DNA of 63,991 nt, counting the filler, from Phoronis australis (lineage: Eukaryota > Animalia > Phoronida): the NCBI GenBank assembly GCA_002633005.1. It is 6 parts of 6 records of this genome, joined end to end, with 100 filler letters (N's around TTAATTAATTAA, not from the genome) between each part and the next. Parts side by side here need not be neighbours in the genome. Positions count along the whole stretch, not along the records: positions 1 to 13,458 come from NMRA01001171.1; positions 13,559 to 33,204 come from NMRA01000220.1; 4 more parts are not named here. One strand, written 5' to 3'. The notes beneath the pieces were generated by a model that saw only the letters and a program-made list of their open reading frames with translations, was not told the DNA's origin and ran no database searches. The translations under genes were made by a program, and so were the position numbers. Every line of letters starts with the position of its first letter. Position 1 is the first letter of the stretch. This document shows positions 11,168 to 21,700 of this stretch, one piece after another.

Positions 11168-13458
11168 AGGCCCTTGAAGACAAGTGGGGGGCACGTGGAA
11201 GACAGTGGAAACTACAGGTGACCAGTGGAGGCCACTAATTGCCAGTGGAGTCCAGTGGAAGCGTGCGGAAGCTATTGGGAGCTTTTGGAGGCGAGTGGAG
11301 GCCAATGACCACCGTTCTATGGGAGTAGAGGGCAGTGGAGACCACTGGAGGCCCGTGCCGGCTAGTGGATACCGTTTGAGGTTAGTGGAGACTAGTGGAA
11401 AGGCTTAAAGGCCACTGGAGGCCAGTGGAGGCTAGCGGACGGCTGTGGAGGCCAGTGGAGGCCTCTGAAGATCCGTGGAGACCAGTGGAGGCCAGTGGCG
11501 GCCAGCGGGGGCCAGCGGGGGCCAGCTGGGGCCAACGGGGGCCAGCGGGGGCCAGCGGGGGCCAGCGGAGGCCAGCGGAGGCCAGCGGAGGCCAGCAGAG
11601 GCCAGCGGAGGCCAGCGGGGGCCAGCGGAGGCCAGCGGAGGCCAGAGGAGGCCGGCAGAGGCCAGCGGAGGCCAGTGGAGGCCAGCGGAGGCCAGCAGAG
11701 AACAGCGGAGGCCAGCGGAGGCCTGCGGNNNNNNNNNNNNNNNNNNNNNNNNNNNNNNNNNNNNNNNNNNNNNNNNNNNNNNNNNNNNNNNNNNNNNNNN
11801 NNNNNNNNNNNNNNNNNNNNNNNNNNNNNNNNNNNNNNNNNNNNNNNNNNNNNNNNNNNNNNNNNNNNNNNNNNNNNNNNNNNNNNNNNNNNNNNNNNNN
11901 NNNNNNNNNNNNNNNNNNNNNNNNNNNNNNNNNNNNNNNNNNNNNNNNNNNNNNNNNNNNNNNNNNNNNNNNNNNNNNNNNNNNNNNNNNNNNNNNNNNN
12001 NNNNNNNNNNNNNNNNNNNNNNNNNNNNNNNNNNNNNNNNNNNNNNNNNNNNNNNNNNNNNNNNNNNNNNNNNNNNNNNNNNNNNNNNNNNNNNNNNNNN
12101 NNNNNNNNNNNNNNNNNNNNNNNNNNNNNNNNNNNNNNNNNNNNNNNNNNNNNNNNNNNNNNNNNNNNNNNNNNNNNNNNNNNNNNNNNNNNNNNNNNNN
12201 NNNNNNNNNNNNNNNNNNNNNNNNNNNNNNNNNNNNNNNNNNNNNNNNNNNNNNNNNNNNNNNNNNNNNNNNNNNNNNNNNNNNNNNNNNNNNNNNNNNN
12301 NNNNNNNNNNNNNNNNNNNNNNNNNNNNNNNNNNNNNNNNNNNNNNNNNNNNNNNNNNNNNNNNNNNNNNNNNNNNNNNNNNNNNNNNNNNNNNNNNNNN
12401 NNNNNNNNNNNNNNNNNNNNNNNNNNNNNNNNNNNNNNNNNNNNNNNNNNNNNNNNNNNNNNNNNNNNNNNNNNNNNNNNNNGGAGGCCAGCGGAGGCCA
12501 TTGGAAGCCAGCGGAGGCCAGCGAGACCAGCGGAGGCCAGCGGAGGCCAGCGGAGGCCAGCGGAGGCCAGCGGAGGCCAGGGAAGGCCAAAGGAGGCCAA
12601 CGGAGGCCAGCGGAGGCCAGCGGAGGCCAACGGAAGCCAGCGGAGGCCAGCGAGACCACCGGAGGCCAGCAAAGGCCACCGAAGGACAGTGGATTCCAGT
12701 GGAGGCCAGTGGAGGCCAGTGGAGGCCAATGGAGGCCAGTGGAGGCCAGTGGAGGCCAGAGGACGCCTCTGGAGGCCAGTCGAGGACATTGGAATTCAGT
12801 GGAGGCCAGTTGAGGCCAGTGGAGGCCAGCAGATGCCAGCGAAATCCTGTGGAGGCCAGTGGAGTATGGTGGAGACCAGTGGCGGCTTGTGGAGGCTAAT
12901 AGAGGCCAGTGGAGGCCAGTAGAGGTCAGAGGAGGCCGTTAAAGGCCAATGGAGGCCACTGGAGGAAAATAGAGGACAGTGGTGATCCGTGGAGGCCTTT
13001 GAAGACAAGTGAGGGCACATGGAAGCCAGTGGAAACTACAGGTGACCAGTGGAGGCCACTAATTGCCAGTGGAGTCCTGTGGAGGCGTGTGGAAGCTAGT
13101 GGAAGCTTTTGGTGGCGAGTGGAGGCCAATGACCGCCGCTCTATGGGAGTAGAGGGCAGTGGAGACCACTGGAGGCCCGTGCCGGCTAGTGGATACCGTT
13201 TGAGGTTAGTGGAGACTAGTGGAAAGGCTTAAAGGCCACTGGAGGCCACTGGAGGCTAGCGGAGGGCTGTGGAGGCCAGTGGAGGTATGTGAAGATCCGT
13301 GGAGACCACTGGAAGCCAGTGGCGGCCAGCGGGGGCCATTGGGGGCCAGCAGGGGCCAGTGGGGGCCAACGGGGGCCAACGGGGGCCAGCGGAGGCCAGC
13401 GGAGGCCAGCGGGGGCCCGCGGGGCCAGTGGTTGCCAGCGGGGGCCAGTGGAGGCCAG
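11168..13458. repeat. 10-bp satellite, third block; N gap at 11729-12482
   Basis: Same 10-mer with homogeneous CCAGCGGAGG and CCAGCGGGGG stretches. 11181-11480 is repeated at 13006-13310. Confidence 0.96.
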
Positions 13459-13558
13459 NNNNNNNNNNNNNNNNNNNNNNNNNNNNNNNNNNNNNNNNNN
13501 NNTTAATTAATTAANNNNNNNNNNNNNNNNNNNNNNNNNNNNNNNNNNNNNNNNNNNN
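13459..13558. other. Artificial scaffold linker (44 N + TTAATTAATTAA + 44 N)
   Basis: Exactly 100 bp with a six-frame stop spacer at 13503-13514; identical structure occurs five times. Confidence 0.97.
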
Positions 13559-14289
13559 CAATTTTGTGCTGTTTGATAAACCTTGAATTATACAGGCATC
13601 ACACTCCATGGGAGCAGCCATATTGAAGTAACTAAGCACAACAATACAATCTGGCTCTCTGATTGGTCAATTCAATAGAAAAGCGCCATCAAGTGGCAGG
13701 AATGTGCATCATATTTTGTGCAACAAAAACACCTTTTTTTAAAAAAATGTGCAAGTGTAGACGTGAGAACTTTTTGGAATTTGATTTATAGGTATATTAT
13801 CTAGCCACACAGAAAAAACTAGGTTGCCCCCCCAAAGTACTCACAAGGATGAACGCTATGAGATCTGGCCCACCGACTACGGGGGATGGTTCGAATTTCT
13901 AGAACAGTGGACCTTTGCAAACGTCGACACCGTAGAGTGTTCAGTAAGGCCCTTGACGCAGCTTAATCAGGGGCAAGGGAAATCTGTATCCACAACAATG
14001 ACTGTCAGCTCTATGTTCCTGAGATGAGACGGAATTCGTAATACCAGAAGTGAGGATGCCGTGACGGGTGTCGCAAAGAACGGGACTTAAATTCAGATGT
14101 AATGTGGTCCCGAAAGAGAACGCTGTAGCATTACCCCTGCCAAACTTTCAAATCAGGCGTCATTAAACGAATGATTACACCTCATTACATACTAGGACGG
14201 AAATATTTAATCGGAGAATGACTTGAAATTTTTTATCTAGTTGTATTTTGCGTGTTACTTAAGTTGCTTACATCGATAGAAATGGGAAC

Positions 14290-15063
14290 AGCTCACTACT
14301 TCAAAGGTTCACTACTCTGAAAGTTCATTATTCCGAAAATATCTAAAATTTCGGACTCGGGTGTATTTTTAAAACTTTTACACGCAAAAATAAACGATAC
14401 TCCTATTATTTTTGTATTGGTGTACCTATACCCAAAACAACGCCCGGATTTCATGCGCATGCGAAATTGCCTGCATGTCTTACAAATACGGGAAAAAGAG
14501 TACGTACTTGCATTCTTAAATAATATGAATTATCAACCACGATACACTGATCGAATCCATGTCAAGATCGCATCATAACACTGTGTGACTGAAAAGTTTA
14601 GGGCCGCTGCGCCTCAGGCTCACGCGTACGGCCGGGTCGAAACTAAATGTAGTTAGTTGGCCACCCTGTCCCTGTCAGTCTTCATGAAGTTAAAGAGTCA
14701 CATTCAGTCTTCTTAAATTTAAAACCGCCGTTGGTCGCCGCATCCCTGACCCGATGTTGACCCTGCTTGAGAATCGAATGAATCAACAATCACGATTGGC
14801 AGTGATTGGAATTGAGCTCAAAGTAATTAAAGTTTTAAGAACTATATTCGACTTTTGCACACTCTTTAAATGGTTTCTAAATAGACACAAATACAACACT
14901 TTAGCCATGTCAGTTCCGACTCATGGCAGACAACCAGAGTAATGAACTGTCGGAGTTCAGGTTTCGGAATTGCGGACATTCGAAATAGTGAACTTTCGAA
15001 GTAAGCGAACACTCGGAGTAGTGAAACGTCGGAGAAGTGAGCTTTCAGAATTATAGTGACATG
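14290..15063. mobile_element. Non-autonomous DNA transposon remnant with inverted arrays of ~15-bp subterminal repeats
   Basis: GTTCACTACTCTGAAA / GTTCATTATTCCGAA at 14290-14340 are reverse complements of the TTCGAAATAGTGAAC-type units tandemly arrayed at 14935-15055. Confidence 0.5.
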
Positions 15064-15787
15064 TACACGTAACCTTGGAAATCTTTTCCATCACGTTTGT
15101 TGCTCGTATGAAGTCTGCAAGGCTATGCACCATTGGCACCGAGAGAAGACTTTCTTCATTGACCAAAGTTTTTATTAGGTCTAAACCTACTTTTCCTAGC
15201 AAGCTAGTCAAGGTTTGCTCGGGGCAAGAAAACACGTTAGTTAAGTGTCTAGTTTTTGAGCAACGACGGAGGACTGCCTATAGTGAACTTGCCATCGGCT
15301 TGCACTGGATTTAAAAGAATGGAATTGCACCAGCTTGTACGCACCTGCACGACAATCCACCAATCCACAATCAAAGTGGACACTGGATGAACAACATATT
15401 TGACGATCACTTTCAATTCCAAATTTGAAAATGCCTGCACTTTACCGCACTATGCCAGCAAGTGTACCAAAATAGCAGAAAGCAAATCTACTTTCTGCAG
15501 CTTTGTTTCTTGGTCGATTTTACAGCATTCACACCTCACTACTTTTTGGGAGCTCTCTTGCTGCTAGTAGCCTAGCTATTTTACTTCTAGACTCCCGTTT
15601 TACGCTATGTTATAGCCACCACGCGCGTTCACTGCCGATGAATAACATAAAGCTTCCTGTAATAGTCTGCGCGATCCTGTCATCCACGCAAACACCATTC
15701 GGGCGAACTTGGCTAGGTACGGCCTGATGATTTCGTGAAGGGCTTTGAATCAGAAACAAATTCAACATTATTACTGGACCTGTTCTG

Positions 15788-15834
15788 CGGGGGGGGGATC
15801 CAGCGAACCCCCGAACCCCCTGGCTACGGGCCTG
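15788..15834. mobile_element. Terminal fragment of a MITE ending CCCCTGGCTACGGGCCTG
   Basis: G/C-tract subterminal region and a CAGGCCCGTAGCCAGG-type TIR on the minus strand; partner TIR not found. Confidence 0.45.
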
Positions 15835-16611
15835 TCAAAGACAATTTCATCTTGTATTGCATTTGACACATCAATGCAGGGAACGCGATAGCTTCACAGC
15901 GCTCGGCAGTTAGGGAAAACTCTAAGTCGCATTTGGCGACATGTCAAAAATCCAAGGTCGCCTAATGAAATCTAAAATAGCCAAAACTGAAAATATCAGG
16001 CGTCAAAGCAATTCTGATCATACCCTCCTATTCGGCGTATTGAAGTTCGGCGAAAGAACTTTGAACACACATAACGACAGGGACTGCTGGCGCAACTTTC
16101 ACCGATCTTGTCCGATTTTTAACAAACAATTTCGACTTCTGTCTGCTTACTCCCTGTTGTAATTTTGCGTGGTGACAAATGCGTGATTTCACGAAATCAA
16201 TGGAACAATTGTGAATAAAAAGTGATGAATCTTGGAAAACTGTTAGTAATTTTAAGTTTTGGAAGTCAACACGAACTTTAAAATGAATTTAGAGAGAATT
16301 ATTGTCTAACTTTGATACACGCGACTGCGTGGCAACTTGGAATTTTTCCCCAGGTCACCAAACACAATCTGAGGTAGCATTGGCTACCTGCAGTTCCTCA
16401 AATCTAGCACTGCTTCATAACTAAGTATACGTGAAACCACAGAACTCTAGTTCCACCATGAGACTGAGAAGGCCGCCACCGTGAACGGTTTGTTGAATAT
16501 TCGCCAGACATCAATTTCTCAAGGGTACATGTACTGAGATGCTTATGTTTGAAAAACATGGTCAGAGTATGTGTTTATTTGTAAACGCAGACGTTTTGTT
16601 ACATGGTTTAA

Positions 16612-17164
16612 AGGGGAAGGCAACCATTTTTAATGTCATTTTTAGCAAAAATATGGTTCACTGATTATCCCAGACATATTCTTCACTTAATTACAGCCTT
16701 TCGCAATTTAATTAATTATTCGTCCTCTACTCCGGAAGTGACATTTTGGGAGGCAAGAATTTCGCGCCATTTCTTTTCATATAGTTCGACTGTGAGAGCT
16801 GTCGAGTCAGTCATTGTTCTACCTCGGTTGTGATAAGTTCGGTCGTCGTTTGCTTTTGTTTACGAGTCAGTCAACATGCCACACTGTTGCTGCATACCGG
16901 GATGTACTCATTATCGCCCAAAGCCTGTAAGCAGCCCTGCTGCGATGTTGAGTAGTGGAAGTGAATACAGGCTCAGTTAGACACCGAGTAAAGAGGACAA
17001 CTGTTTCGTCGTCCAATGAACAGATCGGTGAGCCAAACTTTGACAAGCTTATTGTGGACTCGGTTAAAGTACTGGAGCTATTTAGAAGGTGCCAGCTGTG
17101 TGGCGAGGGAGTCACATGGCGGGATGTAAGCAGTTTGTGTGCTCAGGTCACCATCCAGTGTTAG
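16612..17164 (+). mobile_element. Internally deleted Kolobok-type DNA transposon remnant (left end plus transposase fragments)
   Basis: TTAA at 16608-16611 is followed by an AGGGGAAGGCAACC terminus. ATG at 16876 gives MPHCCCIPGC (THAP-like start). A second frame gives KLIVDSVKVLELFRRCQLCG...AQVTIQC, resembling the zinc-ribbon region of Kolobok transposases. Right TIR not found. Confidence 0.6.
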
Positions 17165-18650
17165 TGTGTCGCGGGACACTCAAGAGCTCACTTGCAAGTT
17201 TCTCGTTAGTCAATGTGACGTCACCGGAAGGGGGGCAAAATCCGCCATATTACTCTTGTTTTGCCCCGAGTCTTTGCTACACACGCTAAATCTTACTGGA
17301 GTTCTTATGGTGAATTTTACGCTTAAAACGTTAACACAACTTAAGAGATGGTAGATGGATCGTGGAATAACAGTGAATGGACGCAGAAAATGTGAACTTG
17401 TTATGTTGTGCGAAGGTTTGAACGGACTGAAATTGGAACTCAACCCGGTCTAGGCCTGAATGCCGCAGGCACACATGGGCGATAGTGCATCCCCATAAAA
17501 AGTTACTCACTTCAAAATATTGCAAATAAAATCAAATGAAACATTCATATGTGCACATGGAGTTATAATTAACACATGCCCTGACTCTGGATACAATTTA
17601 GTCTACAAATAACTTGAACATATCCATGAAAACCTCGCGGTTCGCTCGAGTTTCTCTCACTTAGCGCCATATTGAGGAAGTTACGTGAAATCACGCCTAT
17701 TGACGACCATAAAGTCCAAGGGACACAAATCTTAAAAAATTCACTTGATATTTTCTCATACTATTTTGCAAGTGTCACGCGCCAGGTCACGCGCCAGGTC
17801 TCGCGCTTGCCTTTGCCTCATACTCACCTGACTCAGTTGAAATCCTTTGTGGCTATCGCGCGCGCGGTCAAAGTTAACAGTAACCACAAAGTGGAGTTGG
17901 AATTCTTCGCCAAAGTCACCTGAATTCCCGTAGCTATGCTTCATCGAAGGTATGTTTAGAAGCAGAAAGGGTCACTGAAGAAAGTAAGCGCAGTTTTAGT
18001 GATAATTTTAGGTGTAGAATGTATTTTTGACGAGATGAAAACTTATCAGTGAGCGGATTTCGCCCACCGCCCGTTTAAAATACACGGGACGAAATTAGCA
18101 CAGAACGCGATAGAACGTATTGTAGTGCGATGCTTGTTTGGCATTTTTCAAACTAGACTAGTGGGACAGTTGTTCCTCTGTCGGTAAGACGATGATGAGT
18201 ACATCCGGGGGGGGGGTGGGACGGGAGAACACTGGGCATGGAAAACAACGGTAACCGAACTGGGAGCATGGGACGGGGAACATCAGATGGAGATCTGTGA
18301 AGGGTGAGGAGAATATGGGTACATGTACCAAGAAATACCGTTATTGACCCAATAAGGGGTCAACAAAAACATTTCTGACTAAAACATAAAAATACCCTTG
18401 TTCTCAAACTCAAGTTAAAATTGATTTTTTGTCATGCAAATAAACTATTTTGCAAGTTTGTCTACTTTGTATTTTTAGAGGTTATCGCTTAGTTGTGCAA
18501 GCACCATTTAACCTACTTCACGTCAGCTTAAAACCCGAATTAACATGGATCTTATACAAGCATTAAATCTGCCATTTGGAAGTGTTCGTAAATGGAACAT
18601 TTCATGAATGGACATCAGTTAGTGTATGTGGACTGGATTAAATATGTTTA

Positions 18651-18757
18651 ATGATGATAATGATTATGATGATGACGATGATTATGATGATGATGATGAT
18701 GATGATGATGATTATGATGATTATGATGATGATGGTGATGATGATGATTATGATGAT
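18651..18757. repeat. (GAT)n microsatellite, imperfect
   Basis: About 35 GAT units with TAT/GAC/GGT/AAT interruptions; explains the poly-D and poly-I ORFs. Confidence 0.95.
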
Positions 18758-21700
18758 AGCGATCATAACAAAACTCAAAGGTGTGCACGACGTTTTCGAA
18801 ACAGAATTAAAAAAACAGTGTGATGTATAATTCATAGTTCAGAAACCACCATTCACCAATGGAAAGTTTGACCCGAACTAAAACCACAATAAATCAATAT
18901 AATGTAAAAGTGCAAGTAACACGAGCTTTATTAGCACAATGAAAAGGTCAATATGGACTTTAAAAAACGATTAAAGATACCCTTTTAGAAGCGTTACGAA
19001 ATGAAACATAAGTTGACAGAAACATATTACATTATGTGTGGAGTGAATTATTATAGGATTCATGATAATTGTGACTGTGTGTACATATTTTTGTTACAGA
19101 AGAAAGTTTGACCTGAACTAACTCACAAAATCACTGTTGTGAAAGCAACTGCAAGTAACGCACTTATGTTTAAGTTCTAACAATGTTCGCTGATGCTTGC
19201 ATGGTTTGTAATGGATAACAGCAAAACTCGAATGCTGGCGGTTCCCAGTACAAGTTAAGTTTGTTCATCATTCAACATGTTAACGAATACGGCCTTGAAA
19301 AGCAACTCAATTTCTTGGCTAGATGAGCAGCGCACAGAATACTTCTTGCTAAATAATGCTAAGATAGGAAAGCATAAAAATCTTTTTTTTTACAAGAAAA
19401 TGCAGATTTTTAATAAAACAGATTTTTATGCTTTCCCATGTGCTTTTCTAAAAATGTGGAATTTATTTTCAAATATGAAATGCTTTAGCCACAGGGAAAG
19501 TGAATCTGCCCTCACCCCCACCACTGATATGTTCAGAGAATGAAAATTAGAGCTACGGCCCACGGCCTATGTCGTAGCCGAGCGGAACACAACTATAGTC
19601 GTCATGTTCAGTACCGCGAACCTTATCTGACGACTTCGTGACGCATTAATCTCGCTTGGCTGCCACTGACCTACACTGTAGCTTAGTTTTGAGAGTGAGC
19701 AGTGTACACAGAAATAAAAAAACGAGACTATCGACGGGGACTTCGGGTACAGGTGAACAAGTTTCGTGTACCTTAAAAAAACAGATCGCTTAATGGAACA
19801 CTTGAACATTGTTGAAATATACAAATATTTGCATGCTCGTCTGATAAGCGTAAGTATGTCGTTTGAATAATTAGTAAAACAGAAAATGCGAGAAACTTTA
19901 ATTAATCATTCAATTTCCTCAAAGAAAACACAAGCTTTCTACACGATGTGAAAATTACATTTTTACTAGATGACTCATGTCCAGTGCGACTCAAAAACAG
20001 GCGCAATTCAGCTTTTTTAAACTTAGAGCTAAAAAACAATTAATTGCATTTTTAATCTGCGTCAACACATGATGAAATTGGATTGTAGAAAAATCGATTT
20101 TCGTGGGATGTTCTGTTCCCACAATATCTCATTTTGCCTGACGTTGTCAGACAATAATTCTTAATTTTCTAGTTGTATACTTCGGGGAAAATGCGAGTGT
20201 ATTTTGACTTACATAAACTCATCATTAACTGGACCTCTTGTCAACAACTTAAATGTTGCGTCATAGGACATGTTCACTAAAAGTGCACACTGTATCAAAC
20301 ATGAAGTTTACGTCACAGGTTCATCTCATGCGTGGGCCCTGGTAGTAAACGGGCGCCTCTGCCACACGATGGCCACATACATGTACTTTATGTTTCGATG
20401 TATTTAATCTAGAAGTGGAAACTATTGCTGTATCAACAAAGCAAAACAGGAATGTTGAGATACTATGAGAGGGTGAAGGGAAGTGGGATATATTGAAAGT
20501 TTTTATCAGCTGGTGTAGAAAATAGAAAACAATTATAAAAACTAACGAGATGGTCATAATCAGCACCGCTACGATGGCACAAACATGATAGCCCAGAAAA
20601 GGTGTAGAAGTCATTTCGTCAGAATGCTATTTGAATGGACGTAAAAGACACAAAACACGAGTTTGAGTGATAACCATAAGACTGTTGTTTTCCATAGTTA
20701 CTTGCCTCTGATGGCGTACATGTACGGAGTTGACGATGGGTGTCTCCTGAATTCTGAAAAGAGCATCAAGATGCAACAATGTTTGTTTCGTACGCCATAG
20801 CAAAAGTGGTATCTCAGTTCGTGCACGCCTTTTGTTCTAAGTTACGGCTAGGAACAATACAAACCAAGTCTCATAATGTGTCCAGGAGCACTGCTCTTGA
20901 TAACATTTAGATTGCAGATGCTATAAAGCCTATTTGAGTGCAGCAAATCCAACAAAATAAGTTTGAAATTTGTGTTTGTTTTTTGAGAACAACTTATATC
21001 TGTAGAAAGACTTCGAGGCAAAATGGCTGAATAACATCAGCTGAATGTAAATGTTTTTATTAAGTTTTCCACCAGACACGTGTTTCTATGGCCCAAACTG
21101 AGAAAATATAAATTTTAAAACTAATGTTCACGTTAAAGGTAAAAAATCTTAAAATATTATATACCATAGTCATTTCCCTTTTTAAAAGAAAAATTTGTCG
21201 GAGTAATAAGACTTTGTAAATCTAGCGCTGGTGACTATTAGCCAAATACGCTTACTGTCTTTGCAGAGTCTGTTTTAGTTCCGTTAGCAAAGCAGCGGAC
21301 TGCGTTCGCTGAGGACAAACCCGTCTTGGGACTGATTTCATAAAAGAGCAAATTTTTCACCAGTTGTGTCAATTAAATAAAGTCACTTCCCACATTGCGT
21401 GAAAGTGGAAAATTGCTGGAAGTGAAGCCAATGACTGATCAATTTCCAGTTGTCTCAAGAGAAAAGTTTGGTGATCACTGGCTGAGAATGTTCCGGTTTT
21501 GATATTTATCCGGCATTCTGTCAGAAAAGTCTTTACTTAAAGAGTGAATCATGTAGCGGAAGCTTAAATACTTCTGTGCCACCTCTAAGTGCATAGATTA
21601 CACGGTTTCATCTCGGAAATTAAAGAAAAACACACAAGGAAAAGACGAGAACTGGTCTGACAGATCGTAGAAAATTGCCTTCAAAAACAAATAAAACAAC

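Noticed and set aside
55-13514. Dozens of long ORFs with WRPVEASGGQ or LASTGLHWPP repeats
   Set aside because: The 10-mer has no stop codon in any frame. The ORFs overlap in all six frames, break randomly and run through N gaps, so they are satellite translations rather than genes.
13503-13514. TTAATTAATTAA as a regulatory palindrome or TTAA target site
   Set aside because: Always centred in exactly 44 N on each side; assembly spacer.
13683-13697. Isolated CTCF-like site GCGCCATCAAGTGGC
   Set aside because: Single imperfect match near a scaffold edge with no supporting context.
14957-15440. Adjacent minus-strand ORFs of 92 and 63 aa
   Set aside because: Partly overlap the 15-bp repeat array; no recognisable domain or splice structure.
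18626-18835. Poly-Asp and poly-Ile ORFs
   Set aside because: Translations of the (GAT)n microsatellite.
21250-21410. CLCRVC...SHIA*KW, a possible zinc-finger relic
   Set aside because: The second cysteine pair is not actually present and there are in-frame stops; too weak to call.
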